A stretch of DNA of 57,125 nt from Blastocystis sp. subtype 4 (lineage: Eukaryota), in assembly GCF_000743755.1 (NCBI RefSeq), contig NW_014569518.1:1-57125 (forward strand), given 5' to 3'. The notes under the pieces are model-generated. The model worked only from the letters and a program-made list of their open reading frames with translations, ran no database searches and had not been told where the DNA came from. The translations under genes and the position numbers were made by a program. Of this stretch, positions 24,213 through 37,000 are shown piece after piece (the first letter of the stretch is position 1; the number at the start of each line of letters is the position of its first letter).

Positions 24213-24616
24213 TTACTTCGCACCTCATCCTCCACTTGAGCAACCAGGAAGATTATTCCCTGACTGTTGTTGCTGCACAGTTCCAAACCTCCGATTCAAT
24301 CCTCCTTCGTGGAAATCACGAGGATTGTACTTCCATTTGTTCTTTTGCTGATTCTTTATAGCATAAGCACCTCCCGTTGTTGATGTAGGTTTTTGGTCCT
24401 AGAAATAAGGCGAAGTAAATGATATGACAGAGAAAATGGATAAGAAACTACAAAGTAATCATCAAAAGTGCAGACCATACAAGTTTACAATAATCTGATA
24501 TAGCGAAACGAAAAAAGAAAAAACGGATGACCCAAGTCCCGTCTGTTGTTTTTCAACGACTTCACCTAAGGGTTCATTGATGATAATACATACATACCAT
24601 TAATAATTACAGGCAT
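24213..24616 (-). CDS. SELENOK: Selenoprotein K (UGA at 24227-24225 = Sec), 102 aa, 4 exons
   Basis: Exons 24616-24598, 24565-24481, 24447-24429 and 24398-24213 (introns 32/33/30 nt) give MPVIINGEVVEKQQTGLGSSVFSFFVSLYQIIVNFFLSIFSDQKP...NRRFGTVQQQQSGNNLPGCSSGG-U-GAK*. This matches SelK: NGxV N-terminus, single TM, RRxG, GG-U-G end. SECIS downstream. Confidence 0.9.
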
Positions 24617-24739
24617 TCGAGTTGTTTTCAAAGAAAGTGACAACTACTAGATTTTGGGAATTCCAGATTTCAAACTGTGTCATCCCATTTTGGATAAAAG
24701 GTCATCTAGGTGGTATTGACGTCTAACTCTATACTCAGA

Positions 24740-26832
24740 ATGCCCAATCCTAAGAATAAAGAGCCAGAAAGCTATTCATCTGTCCTCAAGAATATCCGAG
24801 AGCTTGCTGGTAAGAAGAAGGCTTCTGCCCTTCTTCCTTTGATGCGAACAATGACAAAGTATCTTCACAAGGCTGATAGCGAACTAATTGAGGCAACTAT
24901 TCATCATATCCTTATTGTTCTTGTGTTTTGTTGGTATAGTATCCATAACTGTACTTCTGCCTACAATCCGCATAGGTAAAGATGATAATAAGGTGACGAA
25001 TCTTATTCACCTTTATTGTTGTCATCTTGCAAATTCCTGTACTTCTGAGGAGAATTCTGTAATACAAACACTAGATGGCTTATGTTGTAGAAGTTTGCTG
25101 AGTTACTAAGTGCTGATCTTGAAAGTCCCTATTTTGCTCGTGTACTGTCTGCTTTTAAGGCCTATTGTATTGCACTGAAATATGCTGGAGGTTTCTAATG
25201 GGTTTATCTGTTATTCATAGAGGATGAGAAGTTGAAAGAGGTTGTTCTCCGATATGCCTCAGAAGCTCAGAAAGGAGTCGTTAGATTTTGTAAGCATTGA
25301 TAATAGTGTAGAGTGATATGCAACGCTGTCTTGCTGAACTGTTTTGTGTTTTGCGATACTGCAATCTGGACTGTACTGAAGTAGATGCACTCATCCAGTG
25401 GGGATTCACAACAGGTGATCAGGCTGTGTTCCGTCATTGCTTGGGCATGCTACTATCCTTAGCTGAAGATGCTCCTCAACGTGTTGCCACTCTCGTTCAG
25501 CCTTGCTTTGACCAGGCCTCGGTAGTTGAATCCGACAATCTTGCCTCTATTTGCTACATTCGTATCTGCTTCATTCTCTACGAGGCAACGAAGGACAGTA
25601 AATACCTGACTGTCCTGTGTAAGTACGTACAGAGTGACTCCGATTGCAGTAGCTTGCTGGCAATGGAGTTATTGTCCCAACTTCCTTATGATGTGCTTCA
25701 AGGTTTGAATGTGAATGGAGGTGCTGGAAGTGGAGGTAGGAATGAAAGAAGAAATTGAGAGTAGAACTCATTCAATTCATTGCTCAAAAGATTTGCTCAT
25801 CATGTGAGGAGTATGTCTCATCCAATGATACACTTGGTATTGTGACTGTGTGTCGTGTGACTGTGTGTCTGGCCAAGTCACTAGTCACACACTTTGGATC
25901 ACGCACCGCTATTACAGGCTCTCCAGCTCTGGATGCTACGCAAGATGCTCTCAATAAGCTGTATGAACTCCTGCTACCCCACGCCACCAGCATCAGCATT
26001 TATGTTCAGACAAGCGTTGCTCTTACTGTCATTCTCTTATTTGTAGGTGCTCAAAGTGATGATTTGGCTGGTGAATTCGCCTACTGATGAGACTTCACGT
26101 AGTCAGTACATTGATTTGGTCAAGCGAACCACAGCAATGAAACTCCCTGAGGATGTAGCTCGTGAGATCCTCCAGCAACTGTCTGGTCGTGCAGTTTCAA
26201 CTCCTTCACTCTCTCACTTCGCTGTGGAGGTGGCCTGGGCATGGTTCCTCCAGAACCCGTTAACGGTGACAGTGGATTCGTTGACGACCAGCTGGCATGC
26301 CTGCTTCTCCTTGCGAGATATCGTGAACTGTGAATACACACTTAATGTGAGTCTTTTTCTCACCTCTCACCTCTAGGCTGTATTCCGTCTTCTGGACTAC
26401 TCCACACCTAACGAGGGGTTTATTGATCATATCGCAAATCTGAAGACTGCTGCTTACTGGTTCCTTGGAGAGTGTGTAGATCTGTTTGCCAATGTGGGTG
26501 ACTCAGCCGATTGCTCTGCATTCTATCAGCCCATCATCATTCGTCTGCAGAAAGCTGCTGTGATGGGAGATTGGAAGATGCGTCGTGAAGCAATTCGTTC
26601 TCTCGGGAAGATTGGTTTGGTAAGTGAGGATCCTATTCGTATTAGCATTTATGAAATCCTCCAGAATCTGACGGTAGCTGTATCCACAGAGGAAGCTACA
26701 GTTTACAACGACTTAATTGAGCCTATTCTGGATGTTTTTGACCAGATTTATGAAGCTGTTGAGTTGGAGGAAGATGTGACTCCGATCATCGACAAACAGA
26801 GAATTCTCTTCCACCAAAGTGTTATTAATTGA
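24740..26832 (+). CDS. Adaptin-like alpha-solenoid protein, probable TSET complex large subunit TSAUCER (plant TASH3-like)
   Basis: AAYWFLGE...RLQKAAVMGDWKMRREAIRSLGKIGLVSEDPIRISIYEILQNL...LIEPILDVFDQIY resembles, from memory, the TASH3 segment WFLGEN...LQRCAFSGSWEVR...SGEPFRLQIYEFL...PMIKVLDEMY. Confidence 0.6.
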
Positions 26833-27012
26833 TTGTTGCTGTTCTTTCTTTGTTTGATACAGATTCGGTTCATTTCCACAAATGTGGCTTTTTTTGTCAT
26901 GACGCTTTTTTTTTGGGTCATGCCACTTTCAGTAGTATACTAAATGTATATCCAATACAACGGCACCGCTTTCGATTTTGGTATTCAATTGAGTTCCTCC
27001 CTTTCTGAGGAG

Positions 27013-30000
27013 ATGGACTTGATTATGGTAGTACTGACCTTCATTTTCAATTCTAGGATACTCTGGAGTTAGAGAATCCAAATGTGAAGTTTTCTGTTGA
27101 AGGTAGTGACAGGGTTTTGGCGATAGATGTACCATTAAGTAAACAAGGAGTGAACGATTATTCTGTTATTGAAGTCACGGACCTTCCCAAATCCGAGTCA
27201 CCTAGCGATCGTCAGACATTGAGTGAATCATCTACTATAACATCTTTTATTGATGATACCTTTAAGAGTTTAGAAGATATCAGAGTAGAAGAGGATGATC
27301 AAATCACTCTCGTTTGTGATTGTGGACAACCTGTCGAGTACATTTGCAGTCCATCATCTAAAATAATGGCCGTATTCAAGTACTTCATGAATCACAAATT
27401 TGGTAAAGCTTTGGCAGAGGAAGAGATAAATGAGTATTGTCTTGTCACTGCGCATAATAACAATGCTCCTTTATCACTGAGAAAAACTGTGCAAGAATGT
27501 GGCTTATCGGATGGTGATGAAGTTATTGGTAGGAGCAATATTGGACGTTGACGCATAGTTCGTAAGAAACCAATGAAGGCAACTTCACGTACTAATAATT
27601 CATTCTTCTTATTGTAGAGCCCAAGACAAACTCCATTTGTCTTCGTTGTTATGTTGGGAAGATGGCTTCATTCTGGTGTCAGAAGGATACACTCGTTCAA
27701 CAAGTGTTTTTACATTTTCTCACTCAACACTTGAAACGTCCTGTAACAGCACTAGATCGTAAGGAATACTACCTTGCACATCTAAAGAAACCGAATGAAC
27801 AGATTCCTCTCACTAGTACTGTGGGTGAGTGTAATTTTATGAATAATGAAATATTGAAATGTAAGTCTGAACACCAATGATAAACCAAAGTGGTGAATGT
27901 TGCTGAACAGAAGAAACGTCAAGAGATCAGATACATCACCGTAACGGGAATTAGTAAGAAGCCTTTCAATTATCGAGCTCCTGCTGACACACTACTGGAG
28001 CATGTATTTCTATATTTCTTGGAGAAACGCCTTGGACGCGATAGCACGGAGAAGGATAGGAAGGAGAACTGTCTTGTTCGAATGAGTCATTTGAATGATC
28101 CTTTACCTTTGGATAAGACACTGGCACAGTGTCAAATAGAGGACCAGGAACGTTTGGAAAGTAGGAGTGAAAGATTGAATGGACTGTTAGTTCGATTGTT
28201 AAGCAGTCTTAAGCCATCTGAAAAGTCAGTACCCAAAATCACACTGTATTATGGAAGCGACAAAATTAACACGTTTTTGGCACCTTCGATTATGTCAGTT
28301 CGTACAGTATTCAAATACTTCCTTCGAGGTTATCTCAACCATCCACTGACAAGTGCTGATGAAAAGGACTGGTATTTGGCTCGTGTAACTGCTGACAATC
28401 GTCCTTTGCCTCTCGATAAGTCAGTCCAGGAATGTGGACTTAAGAATGGAGAGTGTTTGGTTGTAAAGCAGTGGGAGGAATTGAATAAGGGAAATCAGAA
28501 GGAAAAAGGATCAAAGGTGAACAGCAAGCAAGCTATTCCCAGAGGATCCTCTTTGACTCCATCAAAGTTGATAAGCGTCAACAACATTATTACTGGTGAT
28601 GTTCTATCGAATCTCTCTTCAGATACTCTCATTGCCACTGTTTTTGATAGCTTCTTGAAGATGCAAGGAGAGAAGGGATTGAAGAATCGATCAACCTTCT
28701 CTCTAGTAAGAGCAACGGATGGTAATCGTCCTTTGCCTTTAGAGAAGACATTAGGTGAATGTGGCATTCAGAATGGAGATATGTTAGCAAGTAGATTTGA
28801 TGGATCAGTATGAGTGGTAGTTCGAAAAATTGGTGACGTAACTTCAGATGCTCAGAAGGCTACACCTCAACGAGGATCCTCAGAAGAAAGAATCCCATTA
28901 GTAATGAATTGGGGAGGTTTGGTGTACTACGACAGTAAACCGACAGAGACTATCAAAAGTGTTATGAAGTATTTTTATGAAATACGATTCAATCAACCTG
29001 CTACTAAGGAAGACCTTAAATTGTTCTCCTTAGTACGTGTATCTGATCCTAATCAACCCCTTGGAAAGAAGAAAACGGTTGAAGAATGTGGTCTAACTGA
29101 GTATACCATGGTTGAATGTGATATTGGGATTGTTGTTTGACCTGTAGTGAAAGCAATTCCTGGTGCATCTGTCTCTTCATGTGTTGTTATATCTTCTCCA
29201 CCCAAGTCTGCTACCAAGCCATCACTGCCACTTTCACCCAAATCTACTGGCAAACCACCTCTGGCACCTACGCCTAAAACTGCTGGGAAACCACCTCTGG
29301 CTCCTATACCCCCAGCCAAACCACTTCATCTCTTTTGCGATCATGGAAAAAAATACTCTGTTTCTTTCCCTCCTACTGCTGTGGTCCGTGAAGTTCTCCT
29401 GAAGTTGGTGAAGAAGTATTGGGATTCGGAAGTCACAGAGAAGACTCTGAGTGAGTATTGTTTGGTGAATATTCAGGACATTCACAAGCCATTACCTCTG
29501 AAGAAGACATTAAGCCAATGTGGTATTGAAAATGAGATGACTTTGACAGGTAAAGAATCTGAGAAGTATTGAATGATAGTCCGCAAGGCTTCAAAGATGA
29601 CTCCCAACCAGACTATCAGCGTGTTTATGAATATCAATGGAAACATCTATTATGAATGCTCTCTGGATCAATCGATCAAAAGTGTAATGGAATATTTTAT
29701 GGAGATACGTTTGAGTCATAAGCCTACTAAGGATGAGATGGCTGGTATGTGTATTGTTGACTTTGTCAAGCCTTCTTCACCACTCCCATTGGACAAGACA
29801 GTACGTCAATGTGGTATCAAAGATGGGGCTCATCTGGAGAGTAGAGATTGGAGATAGGAATAATGATTAGTTCGTTCTCTCAGTAAGATAAAGAAGCCAA
29901 GCAATAACAAAAAGAAGAAGACCAAGACAGGAAACAACCAGAAGAGTGCCAATGGAGTTCAATTTCCAATGGATTTCCCTTATGCGGATGCTGAAGTGGA

Positions 30001-30106
30001 GGAGTATGATTCTGACTATGATTCTGAATCTTCTGATGTAAATCCAAGTGAACTACTATCTCGTATGCTGGATAAGATGATACATGAGTATACTCAAAAG
30101 CATTAA
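27013..30106 (+). CDS. Protein with eight tandem divergent ubiquitin-like (beta-grasp) domains, a Pro/Lys linker and an acidic tail
   Basis: Eight ~75-aa repeats ending in the consensus PLPLxKT(L/V)xxCGIxxGxxL; 30-nt introns join the track ORFs 27084-29857; TAA at 30104-30106. Confidence 0.78.
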
Positions 30107-30235
30107 TAAGACTGAGCGGAATGTATCCTTTTCCTTATCGGTTTGGTCATCATCATGTTTGATAGATACACATAATTGGTAACTATGATTAGTAACAAAC
30201 ACTCTAAGGACACCATTTGACCTTTTATTAGAGGT

Positions 30236-31014
30236 TTACATCTCCTTCTCCTCACTCACCTTCTCAACAGGTTGGTTAGGCTTCCAAGCAGGAACAGGAT
30301 ACTCCTTGGGCTCATGGACAGTGATAATATCAGGGAGATTCTTTTTAGGTCCAAGTCTGCCCTCAGGATCTGAAGGCTTCATGATCTTTACCTTTACTCC
30401 CAACATACCCTGCTTCACCAGAACATGACGCACAGCCACATCAACGAATTCCTGGCAAGCATAACCAGTCTTGATCATATAACCTTCCTTGAACTTCATC
30501 GCATTAGCACGCTGCTGACGAAGCTTTCCAGAAACAATAACCTCACAACCCTTAGCACCAGCCTCCAGAGCACTGCGAATCACAGCATAGGCAGCACGAC
30601 GCACAGGAAGACCAGCCAGAAGTTTATACTTCAGAGCCTCAGCCTGCACCTGAGCACACAGACTACGCTCAGCAACACGTTCAGCATACAGAACAACATT
30701 GTTCTCATTGAAACCGAATCTACCTCTCAGACACACTCTCTATCACTACCTCTTCTGTACAAGAGCAGTCAACTCGTTGATACGACGAGAATTCTCACCA
30801 ATGACCTCTTGGGGACGAGGAGCACGGATGATAATCTCAGTCTTCATGGTGGACTTACGGACGCTCACTCCAGCATAGCCAACCTCAGCCAATTGACGGT
30901 GAAGAAGCTAAATTCTTACTTCGACACCAAACCACTTCTTACCTCATCAAGCTCGGCGTAGAACACTCCATCAGCCACACATTGTCTCTTCTTGCTAATT
31001 CTCTCAGCAGGCAT
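30236..31014 (-). CDS. RPS3: 40S ribosomal protein S3 (uS3)
   Basis: [47 protein letters not shown] and [12 protein letters not shown]; two introns. Confidence 0.97.
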
Positions 31015-31132
31015 CGTAAAGGTCAAGTATCAAAGGAAATGTGGTTTGTTGGTGGTTCCATGTTTAGTATTGGCATGGTATGATAATTAAGGATAGTGAT
31101 ACCACTTTGGGTTTTGATCCAAACATGTCATA

Positions 31133-32263
31133 TTACTCAATAATTCCCAAAGTAACTTCTAAAAGGACAATTTCAGCATATTTGAGGTAATACCAAGTAT
31201 TCATCTGCTCTAAATAGTGCATTGCTATTCTAAGACCTTTCGCCTTAAGGTTCTCCTTTAATCGATCAAACATCTCTGCTGTACGGACTGTGCAACAGAC
31301 AAATGCCCTTTCAACTTAGCATTAACCAGTAGATATGACCTTACGATGACACTCTTTCAGCATGAAATCCGTGAGCTCCACAAATCCATCAACTAAATCT
31401 GGAGAAAACGTCTTCATGTTAGTGTTCTCATCCACTTATACCACATCTGTTGCCATCAGGATATCTGCTTGTAAGCTTCTGATGTGATCTTTTGAGAAAT
31501 TACAAAAATCAACTGTATCGACTGATGGAATTGAGGCATCAAGACGTTCAAACACTTCGCGATCTATCTTTTGAGCACGTAATCACGGAATTACTATCTT
31601 CAGTGTTCCCAAGAATATATTCAGTAACTTCATCACAATAATCACTCATAATAATCTGACAATCATGAACTAGACACTGCAACATTTGCCCACAAAGACC
31701 ACTTCCCGACCCCACTTCTAAGATCTTTTTAGAATGGAAAACAGAAGTATTAGTTATAACCCATTCAAGAAACGCAAAACAAGCCTCCCAAGTTTTGAAA
31801 GCAGTACAATTGCATGATCTCTTCAGTTTCACTTGTATCACCTCATCTGTTAGCGGAACGGGATAATAGCAGTAATAATACTCGCTATTGTTTTCACTAC
31901 AGTGAAAAGTAATAATCTCAGTTACTGTTTATGATGCACACGGTCATATTCCATAGCAAACGAATCAGAGATATACTATGCGATAAGATCATCCACCATC
32001 TGAAACAGAATCAGCATTCATTAATTCATCAAAGTAGCTACGAACGAAACGAGTTTCATATTCATGATCACGTCCATTCTTTAGAATTAGCGGATGATTG
32101 ATGATCTGAGAATAATAGAGACTGAAAAATCGATTACTTCGTTCACTACACGATCTTGGAACGTTTCCTCCTTCCAATCTGAACACTTCTTTATTTCCCC
32201 TATCACAATCTTTGAAGGTGCTCCTTGGAGATAATAACCTTTTACACGTGAGAAGGGATCCAT
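31133..32263 (-). CDS. EEF2KMT: Family-16 seven-beta-strand protein-lysine methyltransferase, EEF2KMT/FAM86-like
   Basis: N-terminal FAM86-like QIINHPLILKN...YETRFV; TAFKTWEA, motif I ILEVGSGSGLCG, IIMSDY and DILMATDV. Confidence 0.7.
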
Positions 32264-32274
32264 GTAAGGATTCA

Positions 32275-33039
32275 ATGCTTTCTTTTGCTTTCAAATCTCT
32301 GTGGATTGGGACATCGGTACGGGTAATTCCTCGTGCTGGAGTTACTCGTTGGTACAGATCAAGACCCACATGCACAAGTGAATCTATGTATAGTATTTAA
32401 GTATTAGTTGATTCAGGGGAACTCCCTTCACTTAATCAAGAAGAAATGGATCGAATTACGAAAGGATTACGAGAATTTCGTGATCTCCGAAGAAAACCAC
32501 TGAATATGAGAATTGTAAAGGATGAAGAGAAGGTGGAAACTCCAATAATAGAAGAGCCGCGTCCAAAGGAGGAACCAAAGCCTACTTCCGAGAAGAAGAA
32601 GGAGTCTCTACTATATGATATGAAAATTGATCGAAAAGGGTTATCTGAAGCCGATTATCAGTATGTCACAAACCTTCAGAAGGTGCTATCTGATCCTGCC
32701 AATATCAAGGCGAGAGACACGAAGGAACTGTATAAAGAAATAGGTTTAACAGAAGACGATCAAAAGTTCATGATAGAAGAACTAAAGAAAGCAAAGACCG
32801 CTCCTCCACCCAAAGGATCAACACCCGATGAACGTGCTAAGTTGAGTCGATTGGAACGAATGCTTACCAACGATAGTAGTATTCTAGACTCATATAACTC
32901 TTGGTTAAAGGAGGTTGAAAAGGTTTTGGGGTCGAAAGTAGATCACCCTGAATCCCTGACAGAAGAAGAAATAGCGCTGATTCCTCCAGTTCCAGACAAG
33001 TTACGGGAAATGATTCAGTATATGACATCTAATAAGTAG
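32275..33039 (+). CDS. Hypothetical protein with a mitochondrial-presequence-like N-terminus
   Basis: MLSFAFKSLWIGTSVRVIPRAGVTRWYRSR, joined in frame by a 30-nt intron (32379-32408) to ORF 32446-33039. Confidence 0.65.
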
Positions 33040-33061
33040 AAGTCCTTTAGAATCTGTTTGC

Positions 33062-33069
33062 AACAAACA
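33062..33069 (-). terminator. TGTTTGTT poly(A) motif of RPC25
   Basis: Minus strand: GAA TCA TA|tgat TGTTTGTT. Confidence 0.8.
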
Positions 33070-33073
33070 ATCA

Positions 33074-33960
33074 TATGATTCATCTGGAATCCACCACTTA
33101 ATCATCCCCAAACCATCATAACTAATATCACCGTAGTGTTAAGAACCTATCCGTCCACCATAAAAAGGATATAATAACAGCCATAGGATTCGGAGGAAGC
33201 ATCTTTTCTTCCTTCATATCAATACTGGCACTGCGTACACGAGAGATTTCAGGTCCTTGGACATCAATACTCTGTGTACGATGACGTGTTGCTGGTTCTG
33301 GCTCCCGCTCAACTTTCTTAACTTCTGAAGTAACTACAGTATTGTTTTCTAGATTCATTAGAGGTGATTAAGGATTACTCTCTATTCGATTATATTGGAG
33401 AGCGACGACTCGGAAACGAATAAACTCTCCCATTTCTACATTAAAATCCAATTGTTGATCTCCATCATTGTAATGCCAAACCCACATCCGCTTCATAGGA
33501 TCATAAACGCTTCCTTCTTGCACTAGAAATGATAGTCTAACAATCATTTCGACAGTTGTATGAGGGAATCCATACATCGTCCATAAACTCTAAAGACACT
33601 CGAATTCCATTCTTGTTACTTGAATGAACCTTTCCAACGAGAATTTCACCTTCCACCGGTCTGAACATGATCATGCGAAATTGAACTGCAAAATGAATGT
33701 TATGATGATGAGTACCTTCAGTATGGCTGGCTCCGTCTCCAGGGTAGATATTACTTGCTTCAATCCGAACAAAGTCAAAGAAAGAGACGCAAAGTCCATA
33801 TCCTGGTATTACTTTATTTGAATATTTTCTGTGAATCTCTTTTATGAGTGTCTAGACACGATTAGCACTTCTAACAATAACTCTTTACTGCAACATGTTC
33901 TTCTGCGAAATGACTCGGTTCTATGCGAATTACGTCCTTGATTGTAACAAGGATGAACAT
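33074..33960 (-). CDS. POLR3H: RNA polymerase III subunit RPC25/RPC8; stop probably completed by poly(A)
   Basis: MFILVTIKDVIRIEPSHF..., WVWHY...GEFIRFRV and C-terminal GLGMIKWW. Confidence 0.85.
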
Positions 33961-34013
33961 GATAGCAATTACTGCTTTGTGAACAAACAGTTCAACCAAT
34001 ATATTTAACTTGC

Positions 34014-37000
34014 TTAGAAATCGCCAACATCATCCTCCGTACCCTTAGGCAACTTGCTCAATACTCTCTGCACATACGTCTTTAGATACTCCGCATCCAT
34101 CGGAGGCACAGAACGTAAGTAGTTCGCTAACACATCCGGATTCTCGTGGATCTGAAGCAAATGCATCAATGCACGTTCAGAAGTCAGTTTCACGGGAATA
34201 TAACTGTCTCTGACACTCTTGAGAAGTGTCGGAACGAGTACATTGAGCAGGTCTACATCCGTGTCCTTACAGACGCGACCAAACAATGAGATTGATACCA
34301 CTGTCTCATAACGCACACTTGAGTTGGAGTGATAGATACAAGTGTTCAGTTCGGTGATGAGATCCTTCAGAACCAGCTTCTATCCATCATTCAATCTTCA
34401 TGAATCTACCTTATTTGCCTCAGACATGGTATTGTAAGCATTCAGTACATACTTACAGACAGAAATACCAGCCATGCAGATCATAATTGTATCATCCTTG
34501 ATATAGGCCACATCATTCTCCACAATCTGCTGATGATAAGGAATACAGCGCTCTCCATTGTACTTGAGAACCTGACCCAAAGCAACACACTTTCCATGGC
34601 GAACAGCAACATCTGAAGATAATTGGTCTGAGGATAGAATAGAATTCTCCAAAATTGACTTGAAAGATACATCATCCGAAAATGAGAGTGTAACTCCAAG
34701 TACTCCTGCTGCCAATACACGAATATCTTCCTCACTATTGCTAAGGAGATTTACCATTCTCTAACAATCATTTCTTTATCTCACTCCTACCGTCTCTACT
34801 GTTGATCGTGTAGCTGGCTGTAGACGAGCTCCCACAGCACTCATAATAGCCTTCAGACTAGTCATGATGGACTCACGGATCTCAGTATTGTTGCTCACAA
34901 CATCATCACTCAGATCCGACACCACATTATCAATACGATTCGAGAGACGAATGATATGAACCAGAGCCTGACCTCCTTCGTCACGCACTCCCTTGCTGGA
35001 GTCTTTCAAGGCACGAATGAAAGTAGTTTGGAGCTGGGGCAAGAAGGGACGTAGAGCATCTCCACTCTTGCTGAGAAGGAGATTGAGAGCACGGAAAATT
35101 GTTACACGCACCTCTGAGGAGTATTTATCGCCCACAATACGAATCAAAGGACCTGTCACTTGCAAGGCATACAAACGAACATTCTCAGCGGGAGCATACT
35201 GTACCAAATCACAGATCAACGAGGCACAATCAGCCTTTCTCTCAGCAGAAGCAACCCTATCCATCATTCTCTTTCTTCAACCCAACATGATTCCCTTCTG
35301 TAACATCACAAATAGAGGCTTCAGACCTTCTTTCATTGCAAATGCAGGTAACACATAGGTATTCATATCCACTCCAGGTCTATCCATCACTCATCATTCT
35401 CTTTCCTACTTGTATCGTTCTGTTGAAATCACTGTTGCTATCATATTGCTGATGAAAGCAACGTGGGGCAACATTTCATCAACCTTCTTCTTATTCAACA
35501 AGGCAGTCAAAGCGTTCCAAGCCTCTTTAATGACAGTCTGATCATTATCAGACGCTCGCTTAAGAAGCAGACGGAGAATCACTTGAATCTGATCATCCCA
35601 ATTAGCTACAGAGTGCTGGATCAAAGCAGTGAGCATACTGCAAGCTTCGCGTCTCCAACCACTATTTGCCATCATGCTTATCTTATCAAGATACACCAGC
35701 GTCCATTGGATTCCAGAAGTCTGAACATACTCTGCCATACAACACAGTGACTTATGAAGAGCAGTAGCAATCTCTTGGTCCTCCATTGGAGTCTCACATT
35801 CATCATTCTTTCCATACAATGATTCAAGGAATTCATTTGCTGTATCTCCAAAGAAGAAATGAAGGAGTTTAGATGTAGACGGAATGATTTGTTGAAGTAC
35901 AGTAAGATGAGAGACAGTATATGGACGAGTGGTAAGACGCATAAACAGTGTATTGATTACAGGTCTTCCTTGTAGCAGAATGATCTGTTTTAGACCATTC
36001 AGGGCATGATGTTGGCGATCAGCATCTCCAGATTCCAAATCACCAAGGAGAATAGGCAGAATAGAATCGAAAGCATCTCCATTTCCACGACGTTGTAATT
36101 CCGTAAGAGCTTCAGCTGCTGCTGCTCGCACATATTCATTCTCATCACAAATTGATACTTTCAGACTCTCTAAGAATTGGGGACCCCAACTCTTCAACAC
36201 AGAGGCACTGCAATTTGTAAGGACTTGAACAAATCCAATACAGATGATCTGTCGAATCACAGGATCATCATTCTTAAGTCCTTCGTTCAGAACTTCCAGT
36301 ACATGAGGGATTACAAACTCACCCAGTTTCTGAACAAGTTCTCCAAGACAACGAGCAGCCAGAGTTCGTTTGTTCTCCGAATCACTTGTAAACATTTCGA
36401 AGCAAAGACGTGTTAATTCACCTAACAGCTTCTTCAGAGTACGAGGAGAATTACTGACCACTGACTTCCATACCTGGAAAGCACTTTGTCGAACAGCTGC
36501 AGTCACGTCCGTAGTTAAATAGAACAAAGCAGACATGATCTCTGTCCAGGTCTGCATACCTAGTTCATTCTGGAGTCGGAGCTCAACAGCATCGTTGGAC
36601 AAGCCAGTATCATTCTCATCTTCACTGATACCAACAGCCTTGGTATGACCTAGTGTATATAGTAACTCTCCCATCAATTGGATGGATGATTGACGGATAC
36701 GCCAGTCGTCATCCATCATTGCAGATTTGATTGGAGGTAACACAACCGATAATTCGGACTTGGCGAAGTTCTTGACAATAACTTGACCAGCTCGCAGAGC
36801 CACTTCAGCGACCATATCTGACTCATCTGCTAGACCGGATACAATGGAAGGAAGAATGACAGGAATCAACGCAGTGAAATGATCACCCAAAGTTGAAGGT
36901 AGGAAGGAAATAGTCCATAGGACACCTTCACGCACACAAGCTCGAGGATGAGATGAATTCTTCAACAGTTCATCCAATACTTGATGGAAACGAGTTTCAT

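Noticed and set aside
30425..30961. 178-aa plus-strand ORF and similar antisense ORFs over GCN1, eIF2gamma and Mic60
   Set aside because: They are shadow ORFs opposite well-conserved genes.
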